From positions 372,001 to 436,000 of the forward strand of contig CM039002.1 in the NCBI GenBank assembly GCA_017499595.2: a stretch of DNA of 64,000 nucleotides, written 5' to 3'. Both the position numbers and the translations under genes were made by a program. Below are positions 14,125 to 25,190 of this stretch, piece after piece. This stretch comes from Psilocybe cubensis. Its lineage: Eukaryota. The notes beneath the pieces were generated by a model, which did not search any database, was not told where the DNA came from, and saw nothing but the letters and a program-made list of their open reading frames with translations. Position 1 is the first letter of the stretch; every line of letters begins with the position of its first letter.

Positions 14125-14476
14125 TAGACGAGATCCTCCAAAACTCGTCTCTTCGACGGTGACTCGACATTGCTAGGAATAGTGCCGCCAAGCGTGGCGG
14201 TTAGTGCATCCACTGAAAGAGAGAGGCAGAGTCTCTTCCCTCCTCTGAGAAGAGCCCTGGTCCTGTGTGCCAGCTTGCAGCGACAGAAGCATCGAAGGTG
14301 TGCGGCAAGGGTCCAACGGACGAACCGAGAAGTTTAGGTTTTAGCGTCAAAATATGTCAGTTATCTGGCGAAGACACTGATGGCTTGCATACGTTTTGTA
14401 ATCTCAGCGTTTGCAGCCCGAGAATTTGCAGCGGTGAGGAGAACCGTGGAAGAGGACAATAGAGACGAATGTAACT
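14125..14476 (-). pseudogene. Degraded inverted copy of the 5900-6769 secreted-protein gene
   Basis: Reverse complement shares TTCGTCTCTATTGTCCTCTTCCACGG, intron sequence (ATCAGTGTCTT..AGATAACTGACATATT), CTTCTCGGTTCGTCCGTTGGA, GGCACACAGGACCAGGGCTCTTCTCAGAGGAGGGAAGA and CCTAGCAATGTCGAGTC.CCGTCGAAGAGAC with 5917-6390. The start codon is lost and there are internal deletions. Confidence 0.88.
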
Positions 14477-15034
14477 GTATGTTTCGTTTTTGGGGTACAT
14501 ACACACGAGGCTTGGTCTGAGCAGACTCGGAACACCATTGAACGGCAACAGCTACTCGTCAGGATATTCTCTTGCGTATTAGTGACTGACCAGGGATTGC
14601 CTCGGCGACCTCTTGAAATAAAAACGATCCACGGCCTTTGTGTTCTGTCGCACTTTTCAGGAGAAAGAATTGTGAGTCGAAATTCGAATATGTTTTCGAT
14701 TTGACTTCGATAATTTTTCTCTCATCAATCCAACGACAATTAATTGGAAGGCTAGCTGGTCTCCATATCAGCAGGATGCCTAGCTCAAGTCCGATGTCTT
14801 CCCTGGATACCTTCATCCAGTACTGACAGATCGCTGGTCCGATAATAGGATACTTATAAGGGAACTTTGCTAGGTTGCAATGATACGTGGCATGCTATCA
14901 GTATCATTTTCGATAATGGTATGGGACTATCCGTTCTCACAAATCTTGCTGATTTTATTTATCTATCCAGGAGTACATGACAATATACGAAGAGATGGTA
15001 GGTACAAGAAGTCTGGGGTGTTCAAATTTTCTAC

Positions 15035-15845
15035 TTATATTTCTCGCTGGGTAAAGGCCATCTCTCGTTGAACTTCAGTCTGTACACACAAGTTCAATGA
15101 TGGAATTGTATCCATCTGACGATGCGCACTCACAGGAGTCAATGTTCTGTTGAATATATCCATTCCACGAATCATTCCGTTCCATTGCGATCCGCCGACA
15201 TTCTGGTACTTGGTTCTTCCCAACACAACGTATTTCTGAGCCAAGAGGTTATGATCATGATTATAAGGCATGAAATAAATGCTTACGGTGGGTGGATTGA
15301 AGATCTGAGCTTTAATGGTATAATTGAAAGTCTGTTGAACGCCGTTCAGGTAAACATAGAACTGGGTTCCATCCTTAGCAATTGCAAAGTGGAAATCAAC
15401 GTTAGGTCCGGGTGCGGTTATCTGGGTGTAGACGTTGTCGCGACCCTGCAGATTGTTGGTGGTCATGTACGCGAAGTAAATCTGCATGCTGTTGGGCGGA
15501 AAAGCGACGTTGAAGAGTGATGTATCTACATCAGAAGACTCGATGGACACAAAAGTGCGCCACCAAGTTTGATCAGAGGGGTTAAGCCACCCCAAAATCG
15601 TGAAGGAGCCGCTGAGATCGAGGGTAGGGTAGAGCGTGTCATTAACAAAGCTAATATCGGGTTGAGTTTTGAATGCCCCTCCTCTTCAAAGCAGGTCAAT
15701 GAGGAGACGTGATTTTTAAATTAAGTTAAGCTCACCCCATCGACAGTCGGAGCGGAAAACTCCAGGTAGGACCTGGAAATGCCTGCGCGGCAACACTCAC
15801 AGCACTGTTGATAGCAACAAAGATTGAGAGGAGATATGCGTGCAT
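15035..15845 (-). CDS. Secreted concanavalin A-like/LamG-fold protein, paralog A
   Basis: Signal peptide MHAYLLSIFVAINSAVSVAA. LamG-like pattern SFTILGWL...FHFAIAKDGTQFYVYLNG...VVLGRT...WNGMIRGMDIFNRTLT. Introns match paralogs B and C. Confidence 0.72.
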
Positions 15846-17431
15846 TGCAGACGACACAGTTGAGAAGAGGGAGGGAAACAATCCGAAAGGTATAGATGCA
15901 TTGGAATAGAATATTATGGGTGTTTTAATTGTGCGGTTTTGATGACGATGAGGAGAATCGGCTTAAACTACTACATACCAACCTTCTTGATTAACCGAAA
16001 TTGAATGACCTTGGTCAACATTCTGTGATATTAAATCAACAGAATGGAAAGTCTGTCTAGCTTCTCCAAGTGTATTGGGATTAGGCTAGAATGGCTAGCT
16101 CATACCAACACTGCAACTTCTAGAGTCGTATCTTGAATCTACTACTTATCCACATTAGGGATGACGGGAGGGCGCTTATCCCTGAAAGCATTAAGCGAAT
16201 AGTGAAAACCATTAGCTGTATTGTAAATGAAGCGATATGAAAAGATACACTTATTCTTCCAACCGGAAACTCGAAATAGCTAGTAGCTGCTATCCTGAGC
16301 CGGCAACAAACAATGTCCTGTTATGACTCTAGTCAGTACTCAATACTTCGCTCACTTGGAGAAAATCCAAATATCTATCGGACGTCAGACTAACTAAATC
16401 AAACGTTCAATTTCCATCTATTCTCACTCCAACATCATTCTCCGAACAAACTTACAGTGTGTAAAACACGGCACAAATATAAGTGAATCCTAAATGCTTG
16501 AATGAGTTTGGTTCTAATCCACGACGTTCATCCGATGAGAGCTTTTGTTATTTGATGTTTAGTAAAATAACCCTTATTCCATTTCCATATCACTTGTCAA
16601 ACTACGAACCGCTGACATGATGGCTCACATGTAATGAAGATTTATACACTATCTTCCAAACGGGCGCTCAGGTAGGACTAGGCATAAAAAATGTTCGTTT
16701 GATCTCTCTACCGAGGGGATATACTTGACTTGAGGGACCATTACACTTTAGGGTATGAGCGTCAAGCTAGAAGATCGAATGAAACGATTCAAAGCAGGTA
16801 TAATATAGCTGGAGACTTACTATCATGTGAGTTTTAATGAGACGTCTGGTTCGAAATATAAATTAACCCGCTCCCAAGTCTCAGCCGTGGTCCCTTTGCG
16901 TGTTCAATATGATGTTGAAGTCATTCATTTCGCTCAGTGTAGTGGCACTGTACCCAGCGCTTATACTCGCGTATTCACATTACAGTGACCTGGGAGCTAG
17001 CATTATCGTATGTCAGCCTTTAATAGCGTTTTAACGTCTTTTCCTCATTCGCAATTGCAACTCAGAGCCACCACGCAATGCGGGACAGTTTGAATAAGTT
17101 TGATTTATCGGATAGTTGGGACGAACTGGTATGTTTTTTCTTCCCTGTAGAGGGTTGTTTCAATTCAGGCTGAATAATATGTATGTCAGATTCCTCGTCA
17201 GCAACAGGCAATGGGGCCTACTAGCAGACCAGTCGGAAATCAAAGCTTGTACAGAAACGTCACACCACGTAGAGGCAACAAGAATCCCCCTGGGAACGGG
17301 AATTGCGAGAGAAATAAACAATGCTAGCTACAGAAAGTAGACATAGTCGGTGTTAATGTAATCAATGTCGCCTGAAAAAGAAGGTTTGATACGACGCACG
17401 TAGTACACGATAATGAAGGCAAAATTTACTA

Positions 17432-19315
17432 CTAAAGAATGTGGACTGTTGAGATGTGTATGTCATCTGGATGGCGCTCATATTGCTTAGTACAAAGAAT
17501 GTCAACTAGGTCGAGTGGCTTCAACGCAGTAGTAGGAGGTTTCGCCATTCTCGACAGGTAGAAAAGGCCGCCTATACATACAAGGTAGAGTATCGATAGA
17601 GAGCCAGGAATAATGAGTTGAATCAACCATCGATCTCGGTTAATTGCCTCTGTTGGGACCAAAAGGTCTTGCGTAGTATTCCCAGACAAAGGTGCAGAAA
17701 AAATGACGGCGCTGAGAGCGGTATTGAGAGTTTTTGTCCACCTTTCACTGTTCAGCGCACAGTCTGCCGTGTCGGGACCTAGCTGAAATCCTGCGAGCAC
17801 CCCGCCTGGACACGAAAATGGAACCAAATCATTGGCGGAACTGCTTGTTGACCACCATGCGGCAATCACATCATCGACAGACCAGGCGACGCAGGAATAG
17901 GGATCAGAGCTGGGACATGGATCAAGGAAGGGATCATTTGGATTAGTGAAAATGATAGGTGTGCTGGGGTTGATTAGCTGAGAACTGGGCACCTGGGACG
18001 CAGATGGCGAGGGATTTAAATGAATGGTATGGTTGCATATGGTGTAAAAGATTTTGCCGTCGGAAGAGACAGTGGCATTAGGAATCGCATCGATATTATT
18101 TCCGGTCCATAAGTATTGGCGACTTGTAACTGAGTTAGACATCTGGGGAAACGTGACGAATCCTCCTGCAAGTCGGACGTTTGAGTACCCTACTGTCCAC
18201 ACGTCCGTTGTACTGAAGTTATACGCTTTCACTCCGGAAGGAAGGGGTGCAAGGCTATTGACGATGTATTGGGAATTTGGGGGTATGATAGAGACATTCC
18301 ATCCCTGCACTAGACCGCAGGAGATTTCTCCAGAGATATGGAATCCACTAGGTCGTGAGTCGACAGCCAAAGTAGTTCTATTATCTTGAACCACTAGACT
18401 TCCATCAAATGCGGCTGACGGTATATGAGGTGAATTTGGGACAACTAACCAGCTGTCCAAGACACCTGCCACAATGCGTTCGTCAGTACTGAAAAAGCGG
18501 GTATCTGCACGAGGAAGAGTAAAGCTATCGGGATAGGTAAATGATACGCGAACGGTGGTTGTACTGTGAAGATCGGGGATGGAGAATCCAACTATAAAAG
18601 AAATAAAAAGGCCTATGGCGATCTGGGACAGCGCAAGGAAGCCAAGCCACCCCACTCCATGTTGAACACCAGGTCTCGTCTTTCCACCGCCCTGCCAAAG
18701 TCGAGATGCACTTCGATACAGCGATTGGGCTGCCGTTATTTGCAAAGCCGCACCTGCCAACGACCCTTCAGCAGCGCTGATGCCCCTCTCAACGGCCAAT
18801 ATAGTAGCATCGTCTCTCCTTCGAAGAACAAGTCGAGCATTGCAAGCAATGAGTTCGGATAAGCCTAGGCTCGCAATGAATGTACCAGCCTTTAGCCAGT
18901 ATTGCATGAGGGTTTGAATGCGGGGAATTATGTGGCCCCTTGGGTCGAGGTTGTCGTGGCATTTGGCACCGTCAGGGCACCTGTAAACGCGGGGAAGAAG
19001 AACATGCCGAACAACAAATATCCCTGAGAGAGTGAGGCTGACCCCTACAACTACCCACAAGCTACACCTGAAAAGAGATATGTCGTCGTGTTTGGGAGTT
19101 CTTGATGCAGCGTTCTCTTCTTGAACGTGATGTTTCGCAGAAACAACTGAAGATGGAAGAGAATTTGACACCTTTTCGGTGTCCCGACTGGCTTGTTGAT
19201 CCTCTCTGTCATCAGGAGGCGGAGATGGCAGCTGATTCGAGGAAGGACTGTAGGGGAGCTCATGCAGAATATCGGGATGCTTCTCAGATAGGTTACGTTC
19301 CTTGGAGGAGGCCAT
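17432..19315 (-). CDS. Intronless multi-pass membrane glycoprotein of unknown family, paralog 1 (627 aa)
   Basis: Long ORF with hydrophobic segments near aa 81-107, 140-160, 222-246 and 565-590, a CPDGAKCHDN loop, and a large N-x-S/T- and Cys-containing region. Clearly homologous to 23313-25190. Confidence 0.8.
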   Translation of the reverse strand: MASSKERNLSEKHPDILHELPYSPSSNQLPSPPPDDREDQQASRDTEKVSNSLPSSVVSAKHHVQEENAASRTPKHDDISLFRCSLWVVVGVSLTLSGIFVVRHVLLPRVYRCPDGAKCHDNLDPRGHIIPRIQTLMQYWLKAGTFIASLGLSELIACNARLVLRRRDDATILAVERGISAAEGSLAGAALQITAAQSLYRSASRLWQGGGKTRPGVQHGVGWLGFLALSQIAIGLFISFIVGFSIPDLHSTTTVRVSFTYPDSFTLPRADTRFFSTDERIVAGVLDSWLVVPNSPHIPSAAFDGSLVVQDNRTTLAVDSRPSGFHISGEISCGLVQGWNVSIIPPNSQYIVNSLAPLPSGVKAYNFSTTDVWTVGYSNVRLAGGFVTFPQMSNSVTSRQYLWTGNNIDAIPNATVSSDGKIFYTICNHTIHLNPSPSASQVPSSQLINPSTPIIFTNPNDPFLDPCPSSDPYSCVAWSVDDVIAAWWSTSSSANDLVPFSCPGGVLAGFQLGPDTADCALNSERWTKTLNTALSAVIFSAPLSGNTTQDLLVPTEAINRDRWLIQLIIPGSLSILYLVCIGGLFYLSRMAKPPTTALKPLDLVDILCTKQYERHPDDIHISTVHIL

Positions 19316-20047
19316 GGTGTAATGGCCGTTAAGAGAACTATATTGTGCAGATCACTGTCAAAATCATAGACTGTCTGTGAATTGGTAATTTGGCGCACCA
19401 AAAGTCGTATAGAGCAGACTGGTCGCCCGCAGATGATGTGAAGGGAGAATGCTGCTGGTGTTCGGTTCCTTCATATGTATTGCATTTCTGCAACGGCTGT
19501 GTGCAGAAATAGTCGGTTTCATTTGGACATGTCACGCTTACGGCAAACGACATCCTTTACCTGTGCAGATTTACTATTTAGATGCCATTGCTTCCAGAAG
19601 TCGCATTGCATAATGCAGCCTAGCTCATGGGAGCCTCATGTTGTGGCCACACCGATTCGTGCGTCTAATAATAATCCTAAGAATGCAGTAGATCTCTCTC
19701 CTGGGCAGATACGCGACTAAGTTCTTCCAAATCCTATTACCACAGTCAAATTTAGTACTTACTTGATGCTATTGTCGTCTGTTTTGATCACGGACTACAA
19801 CCATTTGCAGAGAGTAAACTGCATTTGACGCTTGGACGCATTCAGTGGAGTCATCGTGAGTGAACGGATCACAGGTGACAGAAACCAGAAAATCATGCAC
19901 GTGGTCTCATGGTCTTATGCGATGAAACCGAAGTCCGACACACGGCAACGCGGCATCTCTTAGAACACCCAAAAGTCTTCCAAGTACGTTTTTAAATATG
20001 AGAACTGATGTCCCTAGATTGGAATATTGCTTATAAGAATGATACTA

Positions 20048-20892
20048 CTATTCCAATAGCGTTGCCTGATACTCCTCCTCAACTTCCGCCTAGGGCAGAA
20101 TTTATTGTTGTCAGCATATCAATGGTTTGATTAACCATGAGTGTACTCACATCATCCAAAGCAAAGTCAAATAGATACACGTCTCGGAGTATCCCGTTCC
20201 ATTGGGACCTGTCAGTGTTGCCATCGAGCCTGGTTCTTCCTAGCACTACTTGTTTCTGGGATGCAACAAACTGAGTGGAACAGACTCGATAGATGTTATA
20301 CAAAGACAATGTAACTCACATTCGCCGGGTTAAAAATTTGACTTGAAAGTGAAATAGAAGACGTTCGGGCCCCGTTCATGTAAAAGGCAATAGCATTTCC
20401 GTCTTTAACCATGGCCAGATGGAATTGAACGTTTGGCCCAGGAGCAACCACCGTTGTATTAATTGCTCCACCACGATTCTGTGCGCTTTGCATCCAGGCA
20501 ACGTTGAAATTCATTTGATTTGGTGGAAGCGCGATTCTGAACAGGGCAGAGGTTGCATCTGGTGATTCAATAGATAGGGCAGCACGCCAGAATGTACTGC
20601 CAATGTCTGAGACAGAGATCCAGCTCATGAGGCTGAATGGCTGAGTCAAATCAATATCAACGAAAACGTTATCGGCAAAACTTGTTGTCCGTGACGGATC
20701 CGCATTTCCTTGACCATTGCTGTAAAAATTGCGTTATGAACGACTCAAAAAATTGGAGTAAAATGGCTCTGCAACAACTTACGCTAGCGTCACTCGAAAT
20801 GGAAAGTACCAAATGGGAGGAGGATAGCTCTGTGCTATGGTTCCATGTATGAGCACAGATGCAAGAAAAACTGCGGATACAATGGCTATCAT
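20048..20892 (-). CDS. Secreted concanavalin A-like/LamG-fold protein, paralog B
   Basis: Signal peptide MIAIVSAVFLASVLIHGTIA, then WYFPFRVTL, FSLMSWI, FWRAALSIESPDATSALFRIALPPN, FHLAMVKDGNAIAFYMNG and VVLGRT..SQWNGILRDVYLFDFAL. Confidence 0.75.
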
Positions 20893-21619
20893 TGGAATTA
20901 ATTGGTTGAGGTCGACTGCAAGCCTTTGTACTTATACAACAAAAATTCGGAGCGACATTGCCAATCCATACTAACGCCACATCCTACTACAAACTAGTAG
21001 CTTCGGAACGAAACTCTTATCAAAGACATATCGCGGTGTGTACTCTGCAAGCCCAACCATTCCTGCAATAGAAGCATACAGCTCGGTAGACGAATAGAGC
21101 CTAGTAAGCTCGTTGTGAACTATGACAATCAAAAGGACATTTATGAAATACAATCAATTAAACGGGAGTCATCAAGCTTCGCAGACTTCCATTTTCTCCT
21201 AACACAAGACGAGTTTTAAAACTTTTATACGTCATTTGACGTGGATGACAGGTTGAATTGCTTGAGAAACACATAGGTAACAAAAGGCCGTTTCTTGAAA
21301 ATCTCCAAAAAAGAGAACCTCAATCATCCAGGTAATATGCCACAACTAATTTAAAGATTGCCGGTAGTTGATTGATGATTCTTCGGATTAGATTGCGAAT
21401 CTCAATTACCTCGTAATAACTTATTCGGTTTGTAATACAAAAAATCAACAACGGAAAGCATGAATAGGATAGTCGCACTTTCACATATAGATTAGCAGCT
21501 GTGATTGTTGAATAAAATGCGAAGCAGCGGCCTCATACGTTTGGATGCACATAAATAGAAAACATTTTTAATTTCAATGGAACGCAAGAGACACCTGTTT
21601 CTTTTACCAAAAATCTACT

Positions 21620-22421
21620 ATGTCGCTGTACGCCACCGCTATTGTGGTTTCTGTTCACCTTTTACTTGGCGTGCTCAACGTTATGGCGCAGTCTACTGGA
21701 CCATGGTATTTTCCTGACCGCTTGACTTTGGCGTTAGTGGTCCATCCAATCACATTAGACTGCTGGTACAAGTGCTGACCAATATACATACCTTTGCGCA
21801 GTAACGGGCAAGGGAACTCCGACCCAACGAGGCCCGTCAGCTTTCTAAATGATACCTTGTGGCGTGCATTCGATTTGAACAAACCTTTCAATTTGACTGC
21901 ACGGCTCAGCGTGTCTGATCAAAGGTTTTGGCGCGCGGCTATATCAATCGAATCCCCACAGGCGACGTCTGCCCTGTTTAGGATTGCTCTTCCACCAAAC
22001 GACATGCGATTCAATCTTGCGTGGATGAGCGGGCCACAGACTCGAGGCGGCGCTTTTAACACTACTGCATCAGCGCCAGCATTGAATACTGAATTTGATT
22101 TTGCCCTTGTCAAAAACGATAGCAGTATTTCCATCAGTATCAATGGCGAAAGGCAGTGGTCTACTCCGTTTAGCTCCCAAATTTTTAATGCTCCGAATGT
22201 AAGCAACTCTTATTGAATCAAAAGCCAGTTTTATATATTTTTTATGCTTTAGAAATCTATTATTCTTGGGAGAACCATGTTGGACGGGAATGCACTCCGT
22301 TCTCAATGGAACGGTGTGATTAGAAATGTCCTTCTAAGCCAGACTCCCCCTTCAGGTGAGATAATGTGTTTAGCACTAAGTGCTCACCGGTCACCTCACA
22401 GCTAATTATTCCAAAGTTTGA
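21620..22421 (+). CDS. Secreted concanavalin A-like/LamG-fold protein, paralog C
   Basis: Signal peptide MSLYATAIVVSVHLLLGVLNVMA, then WYFPDRLTL, FWRAAISIESPQATSALFRIALPPND, SQIFNAP and ILGRTMLDGNALRSQWNGVIRNV. Intron positions match paralog B. Confidence 0.72.
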
Positions 22422-23312
22422 ACAGCCGGACTGGCTGCCATGTCGCAAACAATGAATTCCAAACTTTTGGCGGATGCCACAAGTGGTTTCCGACCGACAC
22501 TGGAAGCTTCGAATAGGTGTTGTTTTGGGTGTTGTCCGCTTGTTTTTACAGTAAAGGAGATTGAGGAATGTCCTTGGCTTGAATACATGATACATCCCTT
22601 TAGGCTCTTGATTAGTTTTACCCAAGTTTTAACTTTTTCCGACGTGACATCTCTGCCGAAAATACCGATTGATTGCTTTTCTGATCCGTCCGCCATTGGC
22701 GTGATTTTTTTATTAAGGCCGATGTTAGGCCGATGGATTGCATCAACATCAACCGACCCTCCCTCGAACCTCGAGGCGTCTTGACACACTTGGTGCGTTA
22801 CCTGGCCCGACGCGCTGCTGACGCAAAATAATAGCAGAAATAGATGCTCTCGCCTGGATATTATGCTCCACAGCCTCGTGTGTTATGGACCTTCAGACTG
22901 GATCTTCTAATTTCTATTGTGAGTCGTGGCTAACCAACAGCACCAGGACAAGGGATCCGAATAGTGTATTCCAGTAACAACAGCTCAGCTGCATCAAGTC
23001 TGCGCGTGTCATTACGGAAGGTTGCATCAGCCGTAGGCACGCACTGCCGCACAATGGATTGGCCGTTATTCATTTTGTCCTCCCTAATGACCTAAAGCTT
23101 TCAACGAATCAACATCCATATTCACGCTGCGCAACGCTCGATGTCATTGAAGGGTTCGTCCTTGAACAAAGACCCGACCAAGCTCACCATGGAGCCGCAA
23201 GAGCCACAAGTACATCAAGCATTGGCTTCCACTACGGTACAGGTACTCAGTATACATAGCCTTGCAATGTGCTACTCTTATTGATTGCGCCATGTTATGC
23301 TTTGAATTTTAG

Positions 23313-25190
23313 ATGGCTCCCAAAAGTATCAAGATGGTAACCCAAGGCCATAGCGAGAAACGCCCATCTAGCGGCTACGAAATCCCAACGGCCTCGTCCT
23401 CAGGCAAACTTCCAATCTCGACGTTCGATAATACAACCTCCCCACCAAAAACTAATCACTCAACTTCGCCAAATCCAATCACTCCCCCCCAAAGCAGCAA
23501 GTTGATTGATCATACAGTAATGCATTCTCTACGGGATACCACCTCTCCTATTATTTGCGCCTTTTTTGTTATCATTGGAAGTGGCCTAATGGTGGCGGGA
23601 ACGTTGGTCGTTCGTCATTTTTTCCTCCCGCACATCTATACGTGTCCCGACGGTGCCACCTGCCATGACAATTTTGACCCCAAAGGGAATATCATTCCAC
23701 GCCTTCAAACCCTAATGCAATATTGGTTCCAAGCCGGGGTCTTCATCGCAAGTTTAGGGCTATCAGAGCTCATTTCTTGTAATGCCCGTCTCGTCTTGAA
23801 AAAACGGACCGATGTCACGATACTGGCGGTGGAAAGAGGCGTCAACGCGTCAAAAGGGAAGATGAAAGATGCTGCTCTGCAACTATCTATCGTCGAATCA
23901 TTATATTCCATTGTGTCTCGACTTTGGCGCCGTGGCGACTATATCAGTCCCAAAATCCATCATGGTACTGGTTGGTTGGGTGTCCTCGCGCTGTCCCAAG
24001 TTGCTGTGGGAATCTTTATCTCATTTATCGTCGGATTCTCGATCCCAGATTTGCAAAGTACGACCACTGTCAAAGTTCCCTTCAGCTATCGTAGCATCAT
24101 CACCCTCCCGCGAGCGGACAGGCGATATCCCAGCATTGACGAACGTGTTGTCGGAGGTGTTCTAGACAACTGGTTGATATTGCCAAATTCTGCACATAGG
24201 TCACCGACGGCATTTGACGGGAGTCTAGCCGTACAAGACAATAGAACTATTCTGGCCATCAATCCCCAGGCCAGTGGATCTCACATTACGGGCGGCCTAT
24301 CATGTGGCAGACAAGGGTGGAACGTGTCGAACATTCCTTTCGACTCGGACTATTTCTCTGACGATCACGCTGCTCTTCCTTCTGGATCGAAAGCATATAA
24401 CATTAGCGGCAAGGATTCATGGGTGGTTACATATTCCTACTTTCCTCTAGCCGCATCTCCCGTTTTATTCCCAAACCCAAACTCCATACTGATATCCAAC
24501 TCTACCATCAATCGTCAATATGTATGGGCGGGAAATACGAGCAAAGTGATCCCAAATGCAACAGCGTCAGAAGATGGAGGAATTTTTTTCACGGTCTGCA
24601 ATCAGACTGTATTTATGGACGACCTTCCTGAAATCTCAGAAGTCAACACCCAGGCCATCAACCCCAGCCTGCCTGTAATTTTCTCCGACACTAATGATCC
24701 TTTCACCCTTCCTTGCATCAGTTCCGACCCCTTCACTTGTGTCGCTTGGTCTGTCGATCGCATTATCTCGTCTTGGTGGCTGGTCAACGCTGTATTCTCA
24801 GATTTGATTCCCTTTTCCTGTGTGGAAGGGATGCTCGTCGCGTACGATGGACTTTCGGACACTAACAACTGCGCTCTAAACTCTGAAAGATGGCATAAAA
24901 CTCTCAACATGACGTTGAGTGCTCTCATTTCCGCCGCACCCCTGTCCGGGAACCTTACTCAAAATCTTTCGGTGACTACAGAGGCTATGAACACCCACTT
25001 TTGGTTAATTCAGCTCGTCCTTCCAGGTGCCACAATGACTCTCCTGCTCGCGTGTCTGTCATATATGTGGTGTCTCATTCGCAAGGGCGATGTGCTTTAC
25101 AAGCTTGACCTACCGGAGGTGGTGGCAAATCAGAAAAAACTCGAAGTCAATGAAGGCAATACACGCACAACGACAGTCACTGTAGAGTAG
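23313..25190 (+). CDS. Intronless multi-pass membrane glycoprotein of unknown family, paralog 2 (625 aa)
   Basis: Long ORF sharing CPDGAxCHDNxDP, PRxQTLMQYW, SLGLSELIxCNARLVL, FISFIVGFSIPDL, AFDGSLxVQDNRT, CVAWSVD and CALNSERWxKTLN with 17432-19315. Confidence 0.82.
   Translation: MAPKSIKMVTQGHSEKRPSSGYEIPTASSSGKLPISTFDNTTSPPKTNHSTSPNPITPPQSSKLIDHTVMHSLRDTTSPIICAFFVIIGSGLMVAGTLVVRHFFLPHIYTCPDGATCHDNFDPKGNIIPRLQTLMQYWFQAGVFIASLGLSELISCNARLVLKKRTDVTILAVERGVNASKGKMKDAALQLSIVESLYSIVSRLWRRGDYISPKIHHGTGWLGVLALSQVAVGIFISFIVGFSIPDLQSTTTVKVPFSYRSIITLPRADRRYPSIDERVVGGVLDNWLILPNSAHRSPTAFDGSLAVQDNRTILAINPQASGSHITGGLSCGRQGWNVSNIPFDSDYFSDDHAALPSGSKAYNISGKDSWVVTYSYFPLAASPVLFPNPNSILISNSTINRQYVWAGNTSKVIPNATASEDGGIFFTVCNQTVFMDDLPEISEVNTQAINPSLPVIFSDTNDPFTLPCISSDPFTCVAWSVDRIISSWWLVNAVFSDLIPFSCVEGMLVAYDGLSDTNNCALNSERWHKTLNMTLSALISAAPLSGNLTQNLSVTTEAMNTHFWLIQLVLPGATMTLLLACLSYMWCLIRKGDVLYKLDLPEVVANQKKLEVNEGNTRTTTVTVE

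Noticed and set aside
15900-17400. 1.5-kb ORF-poor gap between lectin A and TM paralog 1
   Set aside because: No repeats, RNA-gene signature or homology to neighbouring genes that I could detect by eye.
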